A DNA stretch of 64,000 nucleotides. It comes from an uncultured Candidatus Babeliaceae bacterium. Lineage in GTDB: Bacteria; Babelota; Babeliae; Babelales; Babelaceae. The stretch lies in the NCBI GenBank assembly GCA_963704655.1, contig OY969927.1, forward strand, positions 224,001-288,000, written 5' to 3'. Below the pieces are notes generated by a model. It was not told the origin of the DNA and searched no databases. It was given only the letters and a program-made list of their open reading frames with translations. Shown piece after piece: positions 35,456-45,200 of this stretch. Made by a program: the position numbers and the translations under genes. How positions within the stretch are numbered: position 1 is the stretch's first letter; each line of letters begins with the position of its first letter.

Positions 35456-36725
35456 TCCTTCGATACAAATTCCTGCGGAATTCACTCAGGATGCACGGTT
35501 TGTGCAGGCCGCTCGTGGTGAGCCCTTCGACAATGCTCAGGATAAACTCCATCGAGTCGTCGCCTGTCCGCCGAAGCCTTGGCGTAGGCTGGAAGTCCAT
35601 GCGGCTCTTAAGCGAATTTCTTTTTACATTATGTTATCGATAACCAGTATATCAGTGTATGGCACATGCCATGTGCGAGTATTGTTAGCTGAAGGCGATG
35701 CAACGGAAACTCACGAGTGGCAATTTGTTACTCAGAAAAAAAGTTTTCTCTGTGCACTTTCTGGTGGCGCATTATTATGCAATGGTAAAAAATTAGATAA
35801 AACTGCTTTGCGCATAAGCTCAACCGATAATCGCTGTAGCTATCTTGATAATGTATACGCTGGCGATATCGCTTTAATTATCTCTGGTGGTCGCTGGTAT
35901 ATTATAAATAATATTGCCCTTGAAGATTATGTATACTCTGTTATTCGTTCAGAAGGGTGGCCCGGCTGGCCACTTGAGGTGAATAAAGTATTTGCTGTTA
36001 TGGTGCGCACGTATGCGGTGCATAAGATGATGCTCACAAAAAATAGTGCGCTCAAGCGCACCAAAAAGCAGCTTTTTGATATTAAAGCAACCAATATTCA
36101 TCAAACATATAAAGGCGTGCATGATTATGAGCATCTGCATCAAGCGGTTAAAGAAACAGAAGGTCTTATACTTTCATATAACAAACAACCGATAGTTGCA
36201 ATGTACGATTCATGTTGTGGCGGTGTTATTCCTGCGCACTTAACGGGTTTTGATTTTAAGTCTAATCCGTATTTAGCTCGTTCATATCCGTGCACCTACT
36301 GTACCGAGTGTAAACTTTATCGATGGAAAGTGGTCTATCCGCAAGATCTTTTAATAAATCTTTTACAAAGTGAGCTTCCAGCACTTAAAAGTATTAAAGA
36401 TATCCGGGTGGTGCATGCAGACAAAGCGGGTAAAGTTATTGAGGTTCACGTAAAATCAGGAAGAGCGCATAAAAAAATTTCAGGCGGCTTGATGTATCGA
36501 CTCTGTAAAGATGTTAAAAGTTTTTGTTATACTATCAAAAAAGAGGGTGACAACTTTCTTTTTGAAGGGAAAGGCTTTGGTCATCATGTCGGTGTATGTC
36601 AGTGGGGTGTTCGGAATATGGTTAAACAAGGCTTTTTGTGCAAAGCGATTCTTGATTATTATTACCCAGGAACTGAGCTTATGAAATTAGTCACTATGCA
36701 TCAGGAGTCTGATATTCATGCCTGA
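35448..36725 (+). CDS. SpoIID/LytB-domain protein
   Basis: LEDYVYSVIRSE, VRTYA, HQTYKG, YDSCCGG, GKGFGHHVGVCQWG, ILDYYYPG; start uncertain because the N-terminus is repeat-derived. Confidence 0.88.
   Translation: MYNPSIQIPAEFTQDARFVQAARGEPFDNAQDKLHRVVACPPKPWRRLEVHAALKRISFYIMLSITSISVYGTCHVRVLLAEGDATETHEWQFVTQKKSFLCALSGGALLCNGKKLDKTALRISSTDNRCSYLDNVYAGDIALIISGGRWYIINNIALEDYVYSVIRSEGWPGWPLEVNKVFAVMVRTYAVHKMMLTKNSALKRTKKQLFDIKATNIHQTYKGVHDYEHLHQAVKETEGLILSYNKQPIVAMYDSCCGGVIPAHLTGFDFKSNPYLARSYPCTYCTECKLYRWKVVYPQDLLINLLQSELPALKSIKDIRVVHADKAGKVIEVHVKSGRAHKKISGGLMYRLCKDVKSFCYTIKKEGDNFLFEGKGFGHHVGVCQWGVRNMVKQGFLCKAILDYYYPGTELMKLVTMHQESDIHA
35457..35606. repeat. Cluster of family A and B palindromes inside the 5' end of the SpoIID ORF
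   Basis: ccttcgatac..ctcaggatgcacgg; ccgctcgtggtgagc[ccttcgacaatgctcagg..]..[cctgtccgccgaagccttggcgtaggctgga]..ccatgcgg. Confidence 0.8.
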
Positions 36726-37164
36726 ACATAAAACGCACTTATTTGTTGGTTTTTTAGTGTATGTTGCTGTATTATATCTTGTGCTTTTTTTTGGGCCAAT
36801 TTCATGGGAACGCAAAATTGAGCTGTTGATGTACACGCTTATCGGTGCCCTTTTTCCTGACATTGACACAAAAAGTAAAATTCAGCGTGTTATGTATATC
36901 ATGTTTTTTATTCTTCTGCTTTTATTAGCGTATACCAAGCAGTATATCGCAGCAACGGCTACGGGCATCTTGGCCTGTTTGCCTTTAATGGTGCACCACC
37001 GTGGTATTTTTCATTCGATACTCTTTTTAACTTTCTTGGGCGCAACTGCGGTTTTTTGTACTAAACTTTATTATCCTGCATATACCATTATTATGCTCTA
37101 TAATGTTATCTTTTTTCTTGCCGGTGTCTTTTCACATCTTTTTGCCGACCGTCGTCTTTCTTGA
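36718..37164 (+). CDS. Membrane-bound metal-dependent hydrolase (YdjM-like)
   Basis: HKTH, PDID, HRGIFHS, SHLFAD. Confidence 0.85.
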   Translation: MPEHKTHLFVGFLVYVAVLYLVLFFGPISWERKIELLMYTLIGALFPDIDTKSKIQRVMYIMFFILLLLLAYTKQYIAATATGILACLPLMVHHRGIFHSILFLTFLGATAVFCTKLYYPAYTIIMLYNVIFFLAGVFSHLFADRRLS

Positions 37165-37229
37165 CGTTATTATTATTTACGTGTTAATAACAACTACAAT
37201 ACCTATTTTAAAAAAGAGAGTTAGTAGTT
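37161..37229 (+). promoter_or_regulatory. Conserved leader/promoter of the fibre genes
   Basis: TTGAC..TTATT..TG(T/C)TAA..ACTACAAT..AAAGAGAG..TATG is repeated at 42188 and 47226, more weakly at 59385. Confidence 0.6.
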
Positions 37230-40200
37230 ATGAAGCAGTATCTTTATGCAGCAATCGCTGCAGCCATGTTATGTTTAGTATCTGTGAATGCGCACATAAA
37301 CTCCTTAGATAAGGCTTTTGAGGCTCTGCATGGGCTTGAAGATGCTCTTGAAAACAACAATCAAAGTGGTCTATCAAGTGATCTTGTTATTTTAGTGCTG
37401 CATGATCTTGCCTGTTATCTTGAACAGGATAGTGCGCTTTCTATAGATGAACATGCGGCTCTTGCAAAAAGAGTTTATCAGCTTGCAAAAAATCTTAATC
37501 TATTAACGCGTGCGCCCCGTTTTGATGCACCAGTAATACCACAAACAGGTATACTTGAAGAAAACTATTATAGAACTCGTGATCTATATTTGCGTAATCT
37601 TTTAATAACCGGATCGCTTATTTTAAATGGTCAGCAAATTGGCGGTAATGTACCAAGTGGATTGTATGTATTAAAAGCTGGTGACATTATGACCGGTGAT
37701 TTAACTATGGCAAACCAGCAGGGTATTGTCTTTGAGGACCTTACTTATACCGGTTCTGTAATTCTCACTGCACCAGCACTGGTAACAACGTCATATACGC
37801 TTGAGCTGCCAAGTCAACCAGGTGCGGCCGGGACAATTTTAGCAACAGATGGTGGCAACCCTGCTATACTTTCATGGGAATTACCCGTTTCACTTTTTAC
37901 GGCAACGGTTCAACTTTATGGTGATGTTATTGGTTCAACATCTGCTGACACCATTAATACTATTTGTGGTCAACAGGCTTGCGCAATTGTCACTACGGTA
38001 ACCAGTGCATCAAGTGGCAATGTATGTGGTACGCTTGTTAAGCGTGATGCAAATTGTAACTTTTCTGCAAACCTCATTACGGCTACGGCTACCAATGCGC
38101 TTATAACACAAACGGCATTATATGCGCAAAGCGCTGGCTCAGCTAACTTTGCCTTTACCTCTTCAAGTGCGTTATATTCAACAACGGCACAATATGCAAC
38201 AAACGCATTACTTTCGGTAACATCCCAATATGCAGCACAGGCAGGTACAGTAAACTTTGCCTTTACGTCTTCAAGTGCGTTATATTCAACAACAGTGCAA
38301 TATGCAACAAATGCATTACTTTCGGTAACATCACAGTATGCACAACAAGCTAGCTCAGCTAATTTTGCCTTTACGTCTTCAAGTGCGTTATATTCAACAA
38401 CAGTGCAATATGCAACAAATGCATTACTTTCGGTAACATCACAATATGCGCAAAATGCAGGTTCAGTTAACTTTGCCTTTACGTCATCTAGTGCGTTATA
38501 TTCAACAACAGCGCAGTATGCAACAAATGCATTACTTTCAGTAACCTCCCAATACGCACCACAAGCAGGTTCAGTGAACTTTGCCTTTACGTCTTCAAGT
38601 GCTTTATATTCTACAACGGCACAATATGCAACAAACGCATTACTTTCGGTAACGTCACAATATGCAACAAACGCAGGTTCAGTTAACTTTGCCTTTACGT
38701 CATCAAGTGCATTATTTTCAACAACAGCGCAATATGCAACCAATGTATTACTTTCAGTAACAACGCAGTATGCTCAAAATGTAAATTCGGCTAACTTTGT
38801 CTTTACGTCTTCTAGCGCGTTATATTCTACAACGGCCCAATATGTAACCAATGCATTACTTTCAGTAACGTCACAATATGCAGCACAAGCAGGCTCAGCT
38901 AATTTTGCCTTTACCTCATCTAGTGCGTTATATTCTACAACGGCCCAATATGCAACAAATGCATTGTTTTCAGTAACCTCCCAATACGCACCACAAGCAG
39001 GTTCAGTGAACTTTGCCTTTACGTCTTCAAGTGCTTTATATTCAACAACGGCACAATATGCAACAAACGCATTACTTTCGGTAACGTCACAATATGCAAC
39101 AAACGCAGGTTCAGTTAACTTTGCCTTTACGTCATCAAGTGCGTTATTTTCAACAACAGCACAATATGCAACAAATGCATTACTTTCAGTAACGTCACAA
39201 TACGCAACAACCGCAGGTACAGTGAACTTTGCCTTTACCTCATCTAGTGCGTTATATTCTACAACGGCCCAATATGCAACAAATGCATTACTTTCAGTAA
39301 CATCACAATATGTGCCATGTGCTGATTCTGCGAACTTTGCCTTTACCTCATCAAGCGCATTATTTTCAACAACGGCCCAATATGTAACAAATGCATTACT
39401 TTCAGTAACATCACAATATGTGCCATGTGCAGATTCAGCTAACTTTGCGTTTACCTCATCAAGCGCATTATTTTCAACAACGGCCCAATATGCAACAAAT
39501 GCATTACTTTCGGTAACGTCGCAATATGCGCCATGTGCAGATTCAGCAAACTTTGCCTTTACATCTTCTAGCGCGTTATATTCAACAACAGCAGTGTATG
39601 CAACAAATGCGTTACTTTCGGTAACCTCACAATATGCAGCACAAGCAGGCTCAGCTAACTTTGCCTTTACGTCATCAAGTGCGCTCTATTCAACAACGGC
39701 TGTGTATGCAACAAATGCATTACTTTCGGTAACATCAGAGTATTTCACCGGGCAATTATATGGTGATGTTATGGGGACACAAACTGCAACTCAAATTGTC
39801 ACCATCTGCGGCGTGCCTGCATGTAATTTAGTACAGGCATTTTCTATGGTACTTTCAGCAACATCATGTGATAGTCCATTAACTCTTATTTTACGAGATA
39901 CCACAGGTAGCTTTGAAGCCACAACTATAACATTAATGGGTAATAGTCTTATTAACTATAGTGAATATGGAGATTGCGATACGGGCCAAAATTTTATTTT
40001 TGCACCACTTAATTACAATACGATTATCGGTATAAATGCTAATAATAATAGTCCATCTGTAGGTTCAGGAAACACGGTCTATGGATTTAACGCACTTGCA
40101 AATAATAGTATGGCAGATGACAACACCGCAATCGGAGCAGATGCTCTTGCTAATACTATCAGTGGGCAATTGACAGCGGTTGGTTCAGGCGCATTATCCA

Positions 40201-42191
40201 GTATTACTTCAGGTACTCAAAATGTTGCTGTTGGCTATTACGCACTTAATGAAGATACTACCGACAACAATAATACTGCTTTAGGGTATCTGGCTATGAT
40301 TTACAGTAGTGGTGGTTCAAATAATACTGCCTGTGGAGCTTATGCATTACAGTATAATAGCGGGCATGATTCTATAGCATTTGGGAATTCCGTATTGCAA
40401 AATAACCAAACCGGTAACAGCATCGGTATCGGAAATTATGCTTTAGAAAGCGCTGGAAGTAATGTTTCAGATCTCATAGGCATTGGGTATCAAGCTTTAA
40501 ATCAGGTGTCTTCGTCAGGGTCATATCCACAGGGGGATGTTGCTATTGGGTCCAATGCTTTAGCCTCTCAGTATTATAGCGCGGGTTCTGTTGCCATAGG
40601 CTATTATAGTTTACGTACGCCCGTTTATGCACAAACCTTTTCCGGAAGCAATATAGCAATTGGCTATCAAACACTGTATAGTAGTGGCTCTACTAGTGAT
40701 AATATTGCACTTGGATCAAATGCTTTATATTCAAACGTTCTTGGCGAAACGCAAATCGCCATTGGGCACCAAGCGTTAGAAAATTTTACAGGTGAAAGTA
40801 TTGGAAATCCTTATGGTAATATAGCGATTGGTTATAATGCGTTACAAGCAAATCTAACGCGTTATATCATTGGGGTAGGTTCTGGTGCATTAGCACAAAA
40901 TACTACCGGCTATCAAAACGTTGGCATTGGTTATTATGCGTTAAACTTAAATACCACCGGAACTTCGAATGTTGCCTGTGGGTATCAAGCGCTTAATAAC
41001 TCTGCTAACTCTTGCAACAGCGCTTTTGGCGCATCAGCATTATCAATAGCATCAGGTTCCAGCAGACTAAACACTGCTGTTGGCTGCAATGCTTTAGGCA
41101 ACTTACAGACGGGTGCGAATAATGTCGCGCTTGGTTACTCAGCAGGGTTAAATTTAATCAGTGGTTCAGGAAATATCTATATTGGTGCAAATATACAGCC
41201 AGTAGGGACATCAGAAAATAATACCATACGGGTTGGTAATATTACCGGTACGCCAATATCAGTCGGAACAACGGTTGTTTCTGATATACAAAATAAAATC
41301 GGTGTTGCCACATCATCGCAAAACTTTAAAAACAATGTTCTGCCTATAACAACTGAGTCAAATAATATCTATGAGCTTAATCCGGTATTATTTACCTATA
41401 AAGATGATCCGCTCAATACCATTCAATATGGTTTTATCGCAGAAGAAGTTGCTACCATCTATCCAGGAACCGTGCCACTTGATCAAAATGGTATGCCCTT
41501 ATCAGTTGATTATCTGCAATTTGTGGCGCTGCTTACGAGTGAGATGCAAAAAGTGCATACTGTTTTACCCTATACAAGCACGTGTAATGTCGTTGTGGGC
41601 GCGCAGTCATTGCCAGAATTAACAAGTGGCACTTCAAATACCATAATTGGTGCTCAGGCAGGCTCAAATATCATCACGGGGTCACAAAATATCTATCTTG
41701 GTTGTGCAGTTACGGGCTCAGGAGATGAAAGCAATGTGATAAGAATCGGGGTGCAAGAGATGCAAACAGCTGCTTATGGTGCGGGCGTGTATAATCAAGC
41801 ATGCGTGCCAACAAATTTGCCGGTTATGATAGATGACACCGGAAAACTTGGTACCGTTTCGTCATCACGGCGTTATAAACATACTATTCAAGATATGGGC
41901 AGCATAACTGATAATATCTATGCATTACGTCCTGTTACTTTCAATAATCTTGAATATGGGCTTGTTGCTGATGAAGTTGAAGCGATCTTTCCAGGAATGG
42001 TTATTAAAAATAATGCTGGCTTGCCAGAAGCGGTTCAATATCAGTATGTGCCTATGATGATGCTTAATGAAAGAAAAAAAGATCATGCCCATATTAAGCG
42101 GCTAAAGGATACCGTCAAAAAACTTGCCAACAGGCTTGCTGAATTGCAGGAAAAATGTGATGCGCTATGCAAAAAAGCGCATCTTACTTGA
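37230..42191 (+). CDS. Giant secreted fibre protein 1 (15 x 36-aa repeats, 14-aa NxAxG head repeats, two S74 chaperone domains)
   Basis: Signal peptide; NTAIG..AL repeats; SSQNFK..YGFIAEEV and SSRRYK..YGLVADEV. Confidence 0.88.
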   Translation: MKQYLYAAIAAAMLCLVSVNAHINSLDKAFEALHGLEDALENNNQSGLSSDLVILVLHDLACYLEQDSALSIDEHAALAKRVYQLAKNLNLLTRAPRFDAPVIPQTGILEENYYRTRDLYLRNLLITGSLILNGQQIGGNVPSGLYVLKAGDIMTGDLTMANQQGIVFEDLTYTGSVILTAPALVTTSYTLELPSQPGAAGTILATDGGNPAILSWELPVSLFTATVQLYGDVIGSTSADTINTICGQQACAIVTTVTSASSGNVCGTLVKRDANCNFSANLITATATNALITQTALYAQSAGSANFAFTSSSALYSTTAQYATNALLSVTSQYAAQAGTVNFAFTSSSALYSTTVQYATNALLSVTSQYAQQASSANFAFTSSSALYSTTVQYATNALLSVTSQYAQNAGSVNFAFTSSSALYSTTAQYATNALLSVTSQYAPQAGSVNFAFTSSSALYSTTAQYATNALLSVTSQYATNAGSVNFAFTSSSALFSTTAQYATNVLLSVTTQYAQNVNSANFVFTSSSALYSTTAQYVTNALLSVTSQYAAQAGSANFAFTSSSALYSTTAQYATNALFSVTSQYAPQAGSVNFAFTSSSALYSTTAQYATNALLSVTSQYATNAGSVNFAFTSSSALFSTTAQYATNALLSVTSQYATTAGTVNFAFTSSSALYSTTAQYATNALLSVTSQYVPCADSANFAFTSSSALFSTTAQYVTNALLSVTSQYVPCADSANFAFTSSSALFSTTAQYATNALLSVTSQYAPCADSANFAFTSSSALYSTTAVYATNALLSVTSQYAAQAGSANFAFTSSSALYSTTAVYATNALLSVTSEYFTGQLYGDVMGTQTATQIVTICGVPACNLVQAFSMVLSATSCDSPLTLILRDTTGSFEATTITLMGNSLINYSEYGDCDTGQNFIFAPLNYNTIIGINANNNSPSVGSGNTVYGFNALANNSMADDNTAIGADALANTISGQLTAVGSGALSSITSGTQNVAVGYYALNEDTTDNNNTALGYLAMIYSSGGSNNTACGAYALQYNSGHDSIAFGNSVLQNNQTGNSIGIGNYALESAGSNVSDLIGIGYQALNQVSSSGSYPQGDVAIGSNALASQYYSAGSVAIGYYSLRTPVYAQTFSGSNIAIGYQTLYSSGSTSDNIALGSNALYSNVLGETQIAIGHQALENFTGESIGNPYGNIAIGYNALQANLTRYIIGVGSGALAQNTTGYQNVGIGYYALNLNTTGTSNVACGYQALNNSANSCNSAFGASALSIASGSSRLNTAVGCNALGNLQTGANNVALGYSAGLNLISGSGNIYIGANIQPVGTSENNTIRVGNITGTPISVGTTVVSDIQNKIGVATSSQNFKNNVLPITTESNNIYELNPVLFTYKDDPLNTIQYGFIAEEVATIYPGTVPLDQNGMPLSVDYLQFVALLTSEMQKVHTVLPYTSTCNVVVGAQSLPELTSGTSNTIIGAQAGSNIITGSQNIYLGCAVTGSGDESNVIRIGVQEMQTAAYGAGVYNQACVPTNLPVMIDDTGKLGTVSSSRRYKHTIQDMGSITDNIYALRPVTFNNLEYGLVADEVEAIFPGMVIKNNAGLPEAVQYQYVPMMMLNERKKDHAHIKRLKDTVKKLANRLAELQEKCDALCKKAHLT
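38121..39740 (+). repeat. Coding tandem repeat, 15 x 108 bp
   Basis: YAxxAGSANFAFTSSSALYSTTAQYATNALLSVTSQ counted 15 times. Confidence 0.95.
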
Positions 42192-42259
42192 CGTTATTAT
42201 TATTCGCATGCTAATAACAACTACAATATCTATGTTAAAAAAAGAGAGAGTAAGTATCT

Positions 42260-45200
42260 ATGAAGCAGTATTTTTATGCAGCAGTTGCTGCAGCAATGTT
42301 ATACGCACTATCTATGCACGCCCAGATAACATCACCAGATCAAGCCTATGGGGTGTTGCAGGAGCTTGAACTGCTCACGCAGGGTGATCAATATGATGCA
42401 TCACAAGATAATGTTATATTAGTGCTCGATGAGCTTGTGCGTTATCTTGAAAGCGATATACCACTTTCAATGCATGATCGTTTAGCATTGAGTAAAAAGG
42501 TAAGTCAGCTTGCAAAATCTCTTAATCTTCAGACACGCGCGCCTCGTTTTGATGCGCCAGAAATACCACAAACAAGTATACTTGATGAAAATTATTATAG
42601 AACCCGTGATCTATATTTGCGTAATCTTTTAATAACCGGTTCTCTTATTTTAAATGGTCAGCAGGTTGCTGCACATGTTCCAAGTGGGTTGTATGTATTA
42701 AAAGCTGGTGACACCATGACGGGTGATTTAACTATGGCAAGTCAGCATGGCATCGTGTTTGATGATGCTGCAACCGGCTCAGTTACTATCATAGCACCTG
42801 CAACTGTTTCACCCACCTATACACTTGAGTTGCCAACGCAACCGGGTGCAATGGGGACCGTTTTAACAGCAGATGGTAATAACCCAGCACAGCTTTCTTG
42901 GCTGCCAGTTACTGTTGTTACCACAGCAACTATTCAACTTTATGGTGATGTTATTGGCTCATCAACTGCAACCATAGTAAATACTATTTGTGGTCAAAAG
43001 GCATGTAACATTGTTACTACGGTAACTACCGGTACAAGTAACAATGTCTGTGGCACATTGGTAATGCGTGATAGCGACTGTAACTTTTCAGCAAATATCA
43101 TTACGGCAACGGTAACCAACGCGCTTCTTTCACAAACAGCATTATATGCGCCATGCGCAGGTTCTGCTAACTTTGCTTTTACGTCTTCTAGTGCGCTCTA
43201 TTCAACAACGGCAGTGTATGCAACAAACGCATTGCTTTCAGTAACGTCACAATATGCAACGCAAGCGGGTTCTGCTAATTTTGCCTTTACGTCATCAAGT
43301 GCGCTCTATTCAACAACGGCGCAATATGCAACAAATGCTTTACTTTCAGTAACGTCGCAATATGCAACACAAGCGGGTTCTGCTAATTTTGCCTTTACGT
43401 CATCAAGTGCGCTCTATTCAACAACGGCGCAATATGCAACAAATGCTTTACTTTCAGTAACATCACAGTATGCAGCACAAGCAGGTTCAGCAAACTTTGC
43501 CTTTACGTCATCTAGCGCGTTATATTCAACAACAGCGGTCTATGCAACAAATGCATTACTATCAGTAACGTCGCAATATGCAACACAAGCGGGTTCTGCT
43601 AATTTTGCCTTTACGTCATCAAGTGCGCTCTATTCAACAACGGCCCAATATGCAACAAATGCTTTACTTTCGGTAACGTCGCAATATGCAACACAAGCGG
43701 GTTTTGCTAATTTTGCCTTTACGTCATCTAGTGCATTATTTTCAACAACAGCAGTATATGCAACAAATGCATTACTTTCGGTAACGTCGCAGTATGCAAC
43801 GCAAGCAGATTCGGCTAATTTTGCCTTTACTTCTTCTAGTGCATTATTTTCAACAACGGCAGTTTATGCAACAAATGCATTACTTTCGGTGACGGCACAA
43901 TATGCGCCATACGCAGATTCTGCTAACTTTGCCTTTACTTCTTCTAGTGCATTATTTTCAACAACGGCCCAATATGCAACAAATGCATTACTTTCGGTAA
44001 CGTCGCAATATGCAACACAAGCGGGTTTTGCTAATTTTGCCTTTACGTCATCTAGTGCATTATTTTCAACAACAGCAGTATATGCAACAAATGCATTACT
44101 TTCGGTAACGTCGCAGTATGCAACGCAAGCAGATTCGGCTAATTTTGCCTTTACTTCTTCTAGTGCATTATTTTCAACAACGGCAGTTTATGCAACAAAT
44201 GCATTACTTTCGGTGACGGCACAATATGCGCCATACGCAGATTCGGCTAATTTTGCCTTTACGTCATCTAGTGCGTTATATTCAACAACAGCGGTCTATG
44301 CAACAAATGCCTTACTTTCAGTAACGTCACAATATGCGCCATACGCAGATTCTGCTAACTTTGCCTTTACCTCATCAAGCGCATTATTTTCAACAACAGC
44401 CCAATATGCAACAAATGCATTACTTTCGGTAACGGCACAATATGCAGCAACCGCAGGTTCTGCTAACTTTGCCTTTACTTCTTCTAGCGCGTTATATTCA
44501 ACAACTGCGCAATATGCAACTAATGCATTGCTTTCAGTAACGTCGCAATATGCGCAAAACGCAGGTTCTGCTAACTTTGCCTTTACGTCATCGAGCGCGT
44601 TATATTCAACAACAGCGGTCTATGCAACTAACGCATTACTTTCAGTAACGTCGCAATATGCAGCACAAGCAGGCTCAGCTAACTTTGCCTTTACGTCATC
44701 AAGTGCGCTCTATTCAACAACGGCCCAATATGCAACAAATGCATTACTTTCGGTAACTTCGGAGTATTTCACCGGGCAATTATATGGCGATGTTGTGGGA
44801 ACACAAGATGAAACTCAAATTGTCTCTATCTGCGGCGTGCCTGCATGTAATTTAGTACAGACATTTTCTATGGTACTTTCAGCAACATCATGTGATAGTC
44901 CGTTAACTCTTATTTTGCGAGATGACACTGGCAGCTTTGCAGCAACAACTATTACTTTAACGGGCGATAGTCTTATTAATTATAATCCCTATGGTGATTG
45001 TGGCCCTAGTTCTGGTTTTATCTTTTCTCCCATTTATGACAATACGATTATTGGTTTAAATGCTAATAACAACGACCCATTTGCAGGTTCAAATAATACC
45101 GCATATGGTTTTAATGCCCTTGCAAGCAATTATTTGGCAACTGACAACACGGCAATTGGGGTAAATGCACTCAGTAGTAACACTATGATTAGTCAATTGA

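Noticed and set aside
37970-38743. Antisense ORFs over the repeats (also 49662..50189) and 27807..28406 opposite sbcC
   Set aside because: Shadow frames caused by biased codon use of the real genes.
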